Assembly (NCBI GenBank): GCA_025558095.1 | Contig: JAIVFI010000017.1 | Coordinates: 558,001 to 622,000 of the forward strand | DNA length: 64,000 bases | Origin: Hyaloraphidium curvatum SAG 235-1 | Lineage: Eukaryota > Fungi > Monoblepharomycota | Reading direction: 5' to 3' | Shown here: positions 10,343-21,490 of the stretch, piece by piece | Position numbering within the stretch: position 1 is the stretch's first letter | Layout of the letters: every line of letters starts with the position of its first letter | Notes under the pieces: generated by a model | Databases searched by the model: none | What the model was told of the DNA's origin: nothing | What the model saw: the letters and a program-made list of their open reading frames with translations, nothing else | Made by a program: the position numbers and the translations under genes

Positions 10343-11015
10343 GGGGTGGCGGGGCGGGAGTCGGGGGAAGGGGAGCGGGTTCACCGAGGGGGATGAGGGA
10401 GCGGGAAGTGGAAGCACGGGTATGAGGGGAAGTAGCCTATACAATGTATAAACGTATAAGGAGCTGTAGACAGGTATACAGGTTATACACAGGTAAAGGT
10501 CCGGGACAAATGAGTTGGGGAATGAAGCACGAATATGAAGACAAAGGTGTATATACACAGGAGCTAGGGATGCATTACACAGAGATGCATGAGAATGAGC
10601 ATCGGATAGGAGTTCCGAAGCATGTGATAAGCTGTATACAAATATACACGTTATACACAGGTATGGGGGTAGAATCAGTGATTGTGAAAGGGGCAAGAAT
10701 TGCGGGGCCCCCAACTCCCGAAAAAGTTTTTCTGGGAATAAAGTGGTGTATAGAGTGTATAAGTGTATACAAAATATTAAAGAATAAAAAAGGTAAGGAG
10801 ATGGAGAGCAGATGCTTTAGAAAATGAAGCTTTAAAGAGAAGAACGTATATGTATATACACTAGCATTTGCTTAGCAAATAGGTGAGCAAATGCTAGTCA
10901 AGATGCTTGGACAGCATGTTAAAGCAGCCGGGACAGTAGCAGGGAGAGAGAGCACCAGATGGGAACGCCAGGGGCGGTCCTAGCAGGCCATGGCCTCAAC
11001 TATCGCACTATCGCA
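10343..11015 (-). repeat. Right terminal inverted repeat (673 bp)
   Basis: Reverse complement of 6271-6943. Confidence 0.95.
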
Positions 11016-11917
11016 ACAGTTCCCACAATTCCTGTAGTCGGTGTTGGGGTTGGAGCACCCTGTTGCGCAGAGAGCCGGCTTCTCGATCGGGCAGTAGCAG
11101 TAGCCGGACTGGCAGTAAGCGTCGGCATCTTGTGCGGTGCAAGCTGCCGGGCGGGATCAGCGGGACGCCAGCGAGGGTGGCAGGGCGCAGAGACAATTTG
11201 CGCACGAGCCGCAATGTTCGTTGTTGCTGTCGAGATCGAAGCAGGATCCGGAGCAGCACTCCGGGGTGGTGCCGCCACACGTTGTCGAGCAGGTCCCGCA
11301 GTTGTTCCCGTCCGTGGTCTTGTTGACGCAGTTCCCGGAGCACACCTCCATGCCGGGTCCCGTGCACACGTCGTAGCTCCGGTAGATCAGGCGGTGGTCG
11401 TCGGGCGCGATGCTGACGCAGGCGACGTGCCCTCGGGCGTTGTTGGGGAACCCGAACTCGCTGCATGGGGGCGGCGGCGGGACCCGGTTCAGCCTCGTCT
11501 TAAAATGCATAGGTCAACGCTACCAGAAGTCCAAGGGATCGCAGTCCGCGCAGCTGCGGGCGAAGATGTGGGGGACTCGGGTGGGTCTTGGCCCCCCGCC
11601 CGGGGTCAGTCGGGCCGCAGCGCGCCGGCGGGACGGGACCCACGACGCAGCGACGACCGAGACCGACGCAAACGCGAGCAGGACGGCGAGCAATGGCCCC
11701 ATTTGTGCGGCCGGCGGTGGTGTCCCCAATGGAGCGGTGTCGTCCCCGGTTCAGCCATGCTCGTCCCGCACCACGGCCTCCGGGGCCGTCCCTCAAAATA
11801 ATGGCACGGCCATCACGCCTGTTGCGAAGAAAGAAACCCGGGAGAACGCGTCACCGTTCTGTCCTATTCGTGCCCGCGATCCCGGCGGGCCGTCCAGGAA
11901 CCCGGGCCGCCACTCCC

Positions 11918-13044
11918 CTAGGAAGACGGGCAGAATATCTCCCCCGTTGCCACCACCCCGTTCCCCCTCATCACGCTCCACACCCCGACCCCCAGCGTGA
12001 TCCCCGTCGCCGCAAAACCCCGCACCGCCGCGAACCCGACCTCGAACCCCGCGAACCTGCCCCTCAGCCCCGCCAGGTCCGAGAACGACAGGAGAAGATC
12101 ACACCCGCGTGCGCCGCGGCCGCGGTGCGCCACGGCTCCGGGGCGCCGGGGGCGCGGGCGAGGTACAGGTGGAGCGTGCGCCGTGCGGCGGCGTACTGCG
12201 CGCCGATGTGGGAGACCTGCGAGTTGCTGGTGGCGAGGAGGACGAGGTCGGCGATGGTCACGGCGAAGAAGGAGAGGAGGAAGGCGAGGTTCCAGGCGGT
12301 GATGCAGGGGCCAGTTGCCTGCGCGGGCGCGGGGAACGCAAGCAGCTTTAGTCGAGCTGTGAGGAGGCGGCGGTGCGGGACCCACCAGCGTGAAGACGGC
12401 CACGACCAGGAAGCCGCCGCCCCAGAAGGCAATCATCGCTGGATTGATGAACAACGAGGACATGCGGGTCTGCCAGGAGGCGGTGAGGAGCGCGTGCAGC
12501 TGCACGTACAGCTCGTCTCCAGCTGGGGCCGGCGGAGGCCCGGGGGCGCCTTCCAGGAGGCCGGAGCGGTACCGCCGGAGCAGGCAGCGCAGGGCGCGGG
12601 ACATGGCCCGGTGCTGGAGGCGGAGGTCGAGCCGGAGCAGGGGGAGCTGCGTGGTGAAGCGGGACCAGGTATTGGGGAAGAACCACCACCAGCTTCCGGC
12701 GACTGCGGGAGAAGGGCGGGTGAACAAGAAGCGGGGGGGCGAACCGGAGCAAGAGACCCACTTCCAAGGAGCCCGAGGATGATGCACCACCACGTGGTCC
12801 AAAACACGGGACCGAAGGCGACGAACGCCGTCCACTGCAACGCATAAAACGTGCCGAACCCGGCCGCCCACATCCGCAGGTTTCCGTCCAGGAGCTTAAC
12901 GTATCCTACGGATGCAACCAGCCGGCCTGCGCACTCTTCTGACGGGCACGTGCAGAATGGGTCCTCGGCCTCGTGCTCGAGCAGGACCCCGCGGGGGGGC
13001 CTCTCCCGATCCAGATCCCGATTCCGATGCCGTTTCCCGTCCCG
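11918..13044 (-). pseudogene. 7-TM CPCxxC-family membrane protein, paralogue B (5'-truncated, two introns, frameshift near 12098)
   Basis: LLEHEAEDPFCTCPSEECAG, FWTTWW, LYVQLH, and C-terminus RGRFAGFEVGFAAVRGFAATGITLGVGVWSVMRG..FCPSS. Confidence 0.7.
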
Positions 13045-14527
13045 GCCGACCGTGAGCGTGATCACCGTGACCACCGCGGTCCTATGAGCGAGAACGAGAC
13101 GGGGAACCCGAGGAGGCGGTACCGGTACCGCTCGATGCCCAGGAACGACGACAGCAGCCTGTCGTGGGCCCGCAGCGCGGTTACCACCTCGGCGGGTGCC
13201 GGCGGCCTTCCCGCGGGCGTGCGGCGTCGGCGAGCATCTCGCGGATGCGCTGCTGCGCCTCGTGGTACAACCCCGTGAGGTCGTCCACGGCGAGGTTGCC
13301 GAGCGAGACCATGGACAGGTCCACGGCGAACCAGCCCAGGGGCCAGAGGAGCCTCGCGATCGGGCCAAAAGGGATGCAGGAGCCGGCGGCGCCCGTGATG
13401 GCCGCGTAGAAGACGAACACGACGAGGTAGAGGGAGGCGTTGATGGGGCCGACGAGCTGCACGCCGAAGCCCCACGACAGGGCGCGCGTGAGATGGTGGT
13501 GCACGTCCACGTACAGCTCCCGGCTGCCGATCAGCTCCAGCAGTTCGACCTCGGAAGCGCCGCCCTCGAGCGCGATGGAGTATCGCTCGAAGAAGGAGGC
13601 GAAGGCGACGTCGGCGGCCCTCTTTCCCAGCCTTCGGCGCAGGTCCAAGGTGGCCGAAGGTGATGAAGGTATCCCGATATCAATGGGAAGCAGCAAGTAA
13701 CAGGTCATGAACAGTAACAAGACGCCCAACACGGCCGACCACCACGTGGTCCAAAACTGCGCAGCGAAGGTGAAAAACGGGGTTACCACGAGGCACAGAA
13801 CGGAACCAAATTGGGTCACGAGCAGAAACAGGATCTTGACCAGCTGCTGCACTCCTCCCCTCCTCGCGATCCCGCCAGCGCACGAGGATCTGTCGCACGG
13901 GCAGAATGGGTCGTTCTCTTCGTGCGAAACGAGCTTCGAAGCGGTCTCCAAATGCGTCCCGACTTCCACGTTGCGATCGGCGGCGGCATCAACGCCACGC
14001 ACGAGCTGGCTCCACCGCGCGAGACCCGCGAGGTAGTGGTTCCCCATGTCCGGGCCATCGCCCGACTCGCCCTTGCCCGCGTGGCCCGCCCTGTTCGAGT
14101 GTATGAACGGGAAGATGGCCAGCACCGCGATGCCGCAGGCGTAGCCGGCGAACGAGGCGGCGATCTGCGCGGCGCCGAAGCGGCCGTCGTCGAAGCTCCA
14201 CCCCAGCCCCAGCACCGCGAGCGCGGCGGCGTGGAACCCGTAGAACCGGACCGCGATCCTGCGGCCGACCGGCCAGATGGCAAACTGCGCCCGGGCCAGC
14301 CCGCGGAACAGCGGCGGGAGCTCGCGGAGGAGCGCGTCCCTGGTCAGCGGGTCGGACGCGCGCGCCGCGGCGGCGGGGTCCGCGGGGGGCGCCTTCCACG
14401 CGGTGCCGCCGTCGGGCGCCGCGCCGGTCGCGGAGAGCCACCCGCCCGGCATCGGGTGTTGGCCGCGCGGACAGAGCGCGAGCCATTCCCGGGGCGCGAA
14501 CGCGGCGGGCGAGGGCAGGCGGCCCAT
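13045..14527 (-). pseudogene. 7-TM CPCxxC-family membrane protein, paralogue A (frameshifts near 13225 and 13084; C-terminus fused to paralogue B)
   Basis: FAPREWLALCP, LVSHEENDPFCPCDRSSCAG, FWTTWW, LYVDVH; later frames give RYRLLGFPVSFSL/RTAVVTVITLTVG. Confidence 0.75.
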
Positions 14528-14924
14528 GGCACGTCGATGCGGCTCGTCCGCAGACTCCGTTCAAGGCGGGCAAAGGGGCTGGTCCGACTGGCCCCACGTT
14601 TCCGTGGTCCTCATTAAGAAGGACGAGGAGCGTGAGCTGTTTTATCAAGCTTCCAGCACTTTGCTCGGGCTACCTTCGGTTGGACGTTGGAAGGTGAGGC
14701 GGAACGTGCTGCTGAGCGTCGCCGCTGCCGCGGTGAAGCCGGCCGCCGTCACTCGCTGGCAGGCTGTGAAGCGGGCCGCGGACATGGATGGCCAGGGACG
14801 GCGCGGCGCTTGGACCACGACGGAAGTCTGCGGCCGAGGATGCGTGTGACGGTTGGTGGCACCGCGTTTGGAAATCGCGTGTCCCCCGTGTCGGCCTCCA
14901 CGTGGCGGGGCATGAGATACTCTC

Positions 14925-15680
14925 TCGGCCAGTTTTGGTGATCAGGTAGCACCTGTACACTGGATTTTCGACGCACGTGAATGCTCCGGTCCGAAATCGA
15001 TGGATGGGCGCTTGCTCCACATCGCCCGGGGATGCATCGCAGGGTTCGGCATAATAGGTGCACTTCCCGTCGGGGTGCCAACTCCGTCGAGTTTTGTCAT
15101 CTGACAGCCCACGGAGCGTCAATTCCCGACGCACACAAATCTGCTGGTCCGAATTTGCCGGATGGGCACTGGCTCCACATCCGCCCTGGGATGCAGGGGT
15201 GCACGAAGCCGGCATGCTAGCAGCCCTGGTACCCTTTCCGTCAGTGTTGATGATCAGGAAGGGCCCAGACGGTCGATTCCCCACGCAGTTGATTGTTCTG
15301 ATCAGGTGTTTCCGGACGAGACCTCGCTCCACATACCCTGGGGATGTCGGGGTCCACGAAGCAGGTGCCCTGCCGCCGGCCCCTTATTCCGTCAGTTCTG
15401 GCGATCAGGCACGGCCCGAACTTTCAATTCCCGACGCAGTTCAATGTCCTAGTCCGAAATTGCTGGGTGGGCGCTTGCTCCACATTCACCAGGTTCATGC
15501 CATCGATGGGGAGGGTATAGGGCATCCCGGTGGGGCTGCCATCAGTTCTGGCGATCAGTGGAAGGCAGGGCCGGACCGTCGATTCCCGACACAGTTGAAT
15601 ATAGTGCGCCAAAATTGGCACAGGAGTGCTGGCTCCACATCCGCCCGGGGGATGCTGGGGTCCGCGAAGCAGACCTCTCA
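14925..15680. repeat. Degenerate tandem array, about 5 copies of a ~155-bp unit
   Basis: Anchor CTCCACAT at 15015, 15173, 15327, 15478 and 15633; recurring GATCAG and ATTCCCGAC.CAGTT blocks. Confidence 0.8.
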
Positions 15681-16127
15681 GGGAGCGCGACCAGAAGGGA
15701 CCGGCAGGCGCGCTGGCTGCCGAAGGACAAGGCCGCCCGGCCCCGATGCGATCCGAAGGTACTAGTTCCCACCAAAGGATCCTCACGGGTTTGAGCAATC
15801 CGACGGCGGCCTTGTCCGAGGTGTGTGGATGCTTGCGGACCTCCCGTCACCGCGTCCCACGACCCTGGTGCCTTGAGGGGCTGCCATCCCGCCCCAAACA
15901 CCCGCCAGCACTATCAATCAGTTTAATAACATCCACGACGTGCTCTGAAATGCCACGTCGGGCCCCCTAGTGGGAGGGGGAGGGACGATGAGTCCGGGGT
16001 CCGCACCAGCCCGGGCACCGCCTTTGCTCGATTTCGGCGCGATGGCCCCGTGCCCACTCCACACCCATGGCGGTGCCTCCGGCAGCCTGTAGCCGGGCGG
16101 GCAGCCGACGCCGAGCGGCCGCGCGCG

Positions 16128-18026
16128 ATGGCGCGGCGTGACGTGCGCCGCGAGCCGAGGGCGCCCGCAGCGGCATCCCGCGCCGCCCGCGCGCTCCCGC
16201 CGCTCCTCGCCCTCCTCGCCGTCTGCCTGCTGAGTGCCGCCGGCGCCTCCGCACAGTCGGACGACGCAGGCGGCCCCTCGCGGCGGCCCGGCCAGTGCCC
16301 GCCCGACTGCACCGCGACCATCCGCGTGTGCGGCTCCGGCTCGTCGGCCGACCTGCGCTTCCTCGCGTGCATCTGCACCGAGACGTACCTCGCCGCGTTC
16401 GACAAGTGCGCCGCGCTGTGCCTCTCTCCCCAAGGCGGGACCGCCAACGCCTCGAGCCAGGCAGGCCTCTCCGGCTACGCTGTCCGCGTGCGCTGCGCTC
16501 AGGTCGGATTCGCGCCGCCGCCCGGGGAGGGCGCCCCGCCGCGGAACACCACCTGGTTGGGACTTTCCAGGCCGCACCTGGTGCTCAGAGGGCCTGCAGG
16601 CAACCCGCCGCCCGCGTGGTACGGCACCGCTTCTACCGCGAGCGCGTCGCCCACCACCACACCGGACGCCTCCCCCTCCCCTGCCCCGTCCGAAATGTCC
16701 ACCTTGAGGATATCCCGCACCTCGACGCGCACCTTCAGCAGGTCGCCGACCCTCATCGGCAACCCCGTCGCCCCCGCCCCCACCGGCTCGGCCGTCGCCG
16801 CAGCCGCCGCACCCTCGGACGGCGGCTTCCCCACCTGGGCACTGGCCCTCATCTGCGCCCTCGCGGGCTCGGCGGCCGTCATCGTCGCCCTGGGCGTGTG
16901 GTTCTGCTGCCGCCACCGCAACAAGCGGGAGAAGCCCGCGGCGGCGGCCCCAGCCCCCGAGATGTCGACGACGCGCGGCGCCAAGTCGCCCACGGATCCC
17001 CGCACCCCCACCTCCCCGCGCTCAGTTCCACCGCCCACCCCCCTCTCCGCCTCCTCCCGCACCGCACAGCGCACCCCGACCTCGCCCCCCTCCTACTCCA
17101 CCCCTTCGCCGCACCCCCGCTCGCCCACATCCCCCGCGCCGAGCTACCAGACCTACCCCTCCTCCGGCGGCGGGGCAAGGCGCGAAAAGGACCGCCCGCG
17201 GAAGCAGGCGACCTTCGAGGACCCCTCGGCGAGCATCCTGGACGCGTACGCGGCCCCCGCTTGGGACGACGTCGTCTTGGCGGGCCCGCCGAAGCTGGAT
17301 AGGGACAGGATGGTCCGCGCGACGGCGTCGGATTCGGTGGCGAGCAGGAAGGCGCGGCTCGGTCGGATCGACACGGGGGTCGCGAGGGGGGAAGGACCGG
17401 GGACGGGCACGCCGAGGGACGGCACGCCGTTCGACCCCCGCTACGCGGCGGAGCAGTTCGCGAGCGGAACCCCCGCATCGGCGCGCACGCCCACCCTCGA
17501 CAAACCGCGCACCCGCACGCCCCCCGACCCCGCGCCCGCGGACCTCCCGAACCCCCGCGAGCGGGACCTGCCCCCCCTCCCGCCGCCCACCCCCCCTCCC
17601 GCCCCGCCGACGCCCCCCTCCGCCCCCGCGCAGCCTCCCACGCCCATGAGCGCATCGCTCCCCCCCCTCGCCCCGACGGGCAACGGCACCCCATCCGGCC
17701 CCCGCCCCGCGCCCTTCTCCTCCCCCGCCACCCCCTCCACCCCCCTCGCCTCCCCAACCTCCGCCCTCCCCTCGCCCATCGAAGCCTTCGCGGCCCTCGG
17801 CCTCTCCCGCCCGCGCCCCACCGCCTCCTCCACCCTCCCGCAGACCACCCCGACCCCCGAAGGCACGCGCTGGGCGTCGTTTGCCGAGCTCCGCGCGCAC
17901 GTGGCCGCGGTGGGGAGGGGCAGCGAGGACGGGAGCGAGGGGACCGTGGGCGGGGAGGCGGGGGGGAGGGAGAGCCCCAAGAGCGGGAGGAGCGCGGGGG
18001 GGAGCAGCGGGACCGTGGCGAGCTAG
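16128..18026 (+). CDS. Single-pass surface/sensor protein: signal peptide, Cys-rich domain, S/T-rich stalk, TM helix, Pro-rich tail
   Basis: LLALLAVCLLSAAGASA; CPPDC..C..CIC..C..C; TM WALALICALAGSAAVIVALGVWFCC followed by basic residues. Confidence 0.75.
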   Translation: MARRDVRREPRAPAAASRAARALPPLLALLAVCLLSAAGASAQSDDAGGPSRRPGQCPPDCTATIRVCGSGSSADLRFLACICTETYLAAFDKCAALCLSPQGGTANASSQAGLSGYAVRVRCAQVGFAPPPGEGAPPRNTTWLGLSRPHLVLRGPAGNPPPAWYGTASTASASPTTTPDASPSPAPSEMSTLRISRTSTRTFSRSPTLIGNPVAPAPTGSAVAAAAAPSDGGFPTWALALICALAGSAAVIVALGVWFCCRHRNKREKPAAAAPAPEMSTTRGAKSPTDPRTPTSPRSVPPPTPLSASSRTAQRTPTSPPSYSTPSPHPRSPTSPAPSYQTYPSSGGGARREKDRPRKQATFEDPSASILDAYAAPAWDDVVLAGPPKLDRDRMVRATASDSVASRKARLGRIDTGVARGEGPGTGTPRDGTPFDPRYAAEQFASGTPASARTPTLDKPRTRTPPDPAPADLPNPRERDLPPLPPPTPPPAPPTPPSAPAQPPTPMSASLPPLAPTGNGTPSGPRPAPFSSPATPSTPLASPTSALPSPIEAFAALGLSRPRPTASSTLPQTTPTPEGTRWASFAELRAHVAAVGRGSEDGSEGTVGGEAGGRESPKSGRSAGGSSGTVAS

Positions 18027-18837
18027 GGCGGGGCGCGGCAAAGGGCGCGATGCGGTGATGCATCCGGAGCATATAGCACGGTGTGGAAAGTGTATATTAC
18101 GCTCTATTGCTATTGTTTTTGTGTGGCACGCCGGGACGTACAACGAGCAGCCGGATGCGCCGGTTTGATTCGGGCGGGCGTGCGGTGGCCTCGAAAACGC
18201 CGATCGTCGTCCCGTCCCGTCGTTCCCTCTGTCCATGCCAACATGCTACGGATCGCGATGGGCAACTACTCGGGCGTTCGCGGGCTGGAAATCTGGATCG
18301 ACTCGCTCGAAGATGCCTCATCGTGAGCACCTCCACGCTTGGACGACGTGCGGCTCTGGCCCGGGCTCGAGTTCCCGCAGATCCCGAAACCGTCGCCGAG
18401 GTCGCAGCTCAACTCGCTGGCTTCCCGAAGCGGACTCGGGTGCCCATCGACCCTCCGACCGTGCAGGCGGCGAAGGCTTCCCCGGACGACGGCGACAGGA
18501 GGCGGCTGCGTTCGTGCGTGGGGGTGCCCCAAGCTGCCCATCACGTGGACCCGGATGCGCGGAATCTCGCCGGCGTGCTGCGCGGGGACCGCGGGAACGT
18601 GCCGCAGTCGTCGGTCGCGGAGAGCCCGCTGCGACGACCACGCGGAGCTGGATTCGGGAAAAAGATACTCGAACTTTGGAAGTACGCCTCGACTCGATGA
18701 ATCCAATCGCATAGCAATACAGTTGCACGCAAACACTTGCCTAACAGGTGTGGCATACCGACCAAGCCCTTACGCCTCATCCCGAACTCGCCGCCGGCCG
18801 TCTCCCATCCGTTTCACGGTCCGCCGCCCCCGCCACG

Positions 18838-21046
18838 ATGGCCGAGCGCGCGCAGGCGTCCTTCCCGCAGCGGGACCGCTACCCCGCCGAGTTCCCCCCC
18901 GTCGGCCTGCCCAACGGCGTGACGCTCGAGGACATCGGCTCCGGCTCCGAGACCTTCAACGGCAAGGCCCCCAAAGACCCGCGCGGCTTCTCCCGCGCCG
19001 ACCCGTACGGCATGTACCGCAACGCCGAGACCGTGTCCCCCGCGACGCACCCGCTGGAACCGCTGTACCTCCCCGACTTCGAGCGCGAGGTCATGGGGTT
19101 GTCGCCCGCGCCCGAGTACACCACGGACACGCCGAGGGCCGCGCGGGTGGTGTTCATCGGCGGGGGCATGGCCGGGATCAACTTCGGGATCATGGCGCAG
19201 TACAGGCTCAAGAACGCGAGCTTCCGGATCTTTGAGAAGAACCCCGAGATGGGCGGAACCTGTGAGCTCTCTTCTCCCGTTCCTGCTGGGGCGAGCTGAC
19301 GATTCTCTTCCCCCTCTCACGCTGCCAGGGTACGACAACAAGTACCCGGGTCTGCGCTGCGACGTTCCGAGCTACTCGTACACCTTCCGTTTCGAGAACA
19401 ACGACTGGAGCGAGAGCTTCGCCCAGGGCCCCGAGATAAAGACCTACTTCCAGAGGTGATTCCTCCGCCTTGCCTGTTGGCACCCATCCTGACGGCGCGC
19501 CGCGGACAGGGTCGCGAAAAAGTACAACATCCTTCCCTATGTGACGTTCAATGCCGAGGTGCGGGTGCTAGAGTGGCAGGAGGACCGGAAGAAGTGGAAG
19601 ATTGGGGTCGAGGTCAAGGGAAAGATGGAGTGGGACGAGGCCGACTTCGTCATTGTGGGTCTCCTTTCGCACTCTTCCCATTTCGAGCCTCACCCATTGC
19701 GCTGCGGCCAGTCCGGAATGGGCTTCCTCAACCGCCCCAAGAACCCCGACATCCCCGGCTTCTCCACCTTCCCCCGCGTCGTGCACACCGCGCGCTGGCC
19801 GTCGGACCTCGTCGTCAAGCCCACCGACAGGGTGGGCGTGATCGGCACCGGCAGCTCGGGGCTGCAGGTCATCGGCGCGCTGGCGACCATGGTGAAGGAG
19901 GGGAAGTTGACGGTGTTCATGCGGACGCGTGGGTGTCCCCGGCGGCAGCCGGGCTGATCGATGGGCTCACACTCGCCGCCGCACCGGAACAGCGACCTAC
20001 ATCCTCCCCTCGGGACCCATGGAGCTCGACCCCGAGCGCAAGAAGCAGTTCATGGACCCGAGGTTCTACTACCGCCACGTGCACCTGGCCTTTTTGGCCA
20101 GCGAGCGCGACTTCACAGCCTTCTTCCGGGGGAGCAAGCACCAGGCCAACCTGCAGGCCACGGCCAAGGCGTTCATGGAGGCCAACATCAAGGACAAGAA
20201 GCTGCTGGAGAAGCTGGTGGGCGGCCCCGGCGGCAGATGGCTTGTCCGATGGCATCTGATGTTTCCGTTCAACCGCCCAGATGCCGAGCTACCCCGTCGG
20301 ATGCCGCCGCCTGACGCTCACCAAGCCCTTCCTCGACGCCGTGCAAATGCCCCACGTCGAGGTGGAGCGCGGCGACATTGTCCGGATCGACCCCAAGGGC
20401 CTCGTCACCCGGGCCGCGGACGGCACCGAGACGCACCACGACCTGGACCTCCTCGTCAGCGCCACGGGGTTCGACGTGACCTACACCAACCCGCGGATGA
20501 AGGTCACCGGGCGCGGGGGGAAGGACCTCTGGGCGCGGTTCTCCCCCAGGCCGTTGGCATACCGGAGCGTGACCGTGGACGGGTTCCCCAACTTTGTCTT
20601 CTCGATGGGGCCCTACCCGCCTTTGGCGCACAACTCGATCTTCTGCCACACGCAGCAGCAGATCAACTACGTGGGTATCCCCCGTCGCCGTGCCGACAGC
20701 GGAGCTGATTCGCCGCGGCTCGACAGGCCCTGCAGATGGTCGTCAGGTGGCAGTGCGACCCCACCATCCTCAGCTTCGAGGTCAAGAAGGACAAGGTGGA
20801 CGAGTTCGACCGCAAGGCGCAGGAGTTCCTCAAGGGGAGCATCTGGATCGAGCCGTGCGGCGGGTGGTGGGTTCGCTTTTGTGCGGGGCGACGCGGATCG
20901 CGGCTGATCGGTTCGGCAGGTACAACCAGCGCGGCGGTGGAGGGTACCTCGTGCAGTGGCCCGGGTCGGGCATGCATCACAACAAGAGCATTTACGCTCC
21001 GGATTACTCGGACTACATCGTCGAGAAGGTCGAGGGGAAGCTGTAG
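18838..21046 (+). CDS. Flavin-dependent monooxygenase (Baeyer-Villiger/FMO family), multi-exon
   Basis: GGGMAG; GGTW..NKYPGLRCD; VVHTARWP; VGVIGTGSSGLQ; SATGF; GFPNF. Confidence 0.92.
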
Positions 21047-21415
21047 ACGGTCCGGGGGGGAACTGGGCGATGCACGGGCCAATGAAGGCCGAGCGGCTGT
21101 AGAAGCGCGCTCAAAAGATTGCGGATGATGTACCAATCGAATGCTGGTGTCTTTCCTTTCGGGTGTGCGGGAAAGACTCGCGGCCTCAGGCCACACGGGA
21201 CCAGTGAATCATCGGCAGCGTTCTGCTCCTCAAGCCCGAGTGTGCACCCGAAGCGCAGCGCCGCTCAACATTCGGGACATTTCGACGCCATGTAAGCTCA
21301 AGAGGTAAATGAACATGTTGTCAGTTGTCTGTACGCGAGCCCTGCTTGCTTCCAGTGCTGCAGAACGCGGTCCACATGTGATCCACAGCCCGTACCCCAC
21401 GTTGCCAACGTCCGC

Positions 21416-21490
21416 GCCAAGTTCGCCAACTAACGTGCCAAGTTCGCGAACTTCCCGTGCCAAGTTCGCCAAAGTTTGAGCCAAGTTCGC
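21416..21490 (+). repeat. Four copies of GCCAAGTTCGC at 21-22 bp spacing
   Basis: Starts at 21416, 21437, 21459 and 21480. Confidence 0.85.

Larger units (their letters stand above)
6271..11015. mobile_element. Long-TIR DNA element (4,745 bp) encoding an SF3 helicase; no recognisable transposase
   Basis: 673-bp TIRs; termini TGCGATAG...CTATCGCA; 5-bp TSD ACAGT (6266-6270, 11016-11020). Abrupt shift to AT-rich, CpG-poor sequence; interrupts a host exon. Confidence 0.95.
100..11702 (-). pseudogene. Secreted cysteine-rich repeat protein (STIG1-like repeats), multi-exon, disrupted by two mobile-element insertions
   Basis: ATG at 11702 with a signal peptide (MGPLLAVLLAFASVSVVAA). Repeated CCxxxCV(D/N)xxxDxxNCGxC units occur at ~11020-11380, 6110-6270 and 120-620. 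Removing both elements and their duplications restores the frame (..RNCGNC|DVVCADSLSCC.. and ..HQCPD|GSTCSGGVCHC..). The 3' end is approximate. Confidence 0.8.

Noticed and set aside
6271-11015. Canonical Polinton/Maverick, Helitron or assembly contaminant
   Set aside because: No pPolB, integrase, ATPase or capsid, and too small for a Polinton. Helitrons lack long TIRs/TSDs and use an SF1 helicase. The clean TSD in a host exon argues against contamination.
17500-17860. C-rich low-complexity tract
   Set aside because: Explained by Pro-rich coding sequence.
18083-18740. Possible degenerate gene between the sensor protein and the monooxygenase
   Set aside because: Several overlapping ORFs with no recognisable motif; cannot be supported.
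21416-21490. Possible CRISPR-like array
   Set aside because: Repeats of 11 bp with 10-11 bp spacers are far too short; eukaryotic context and no cas genes.
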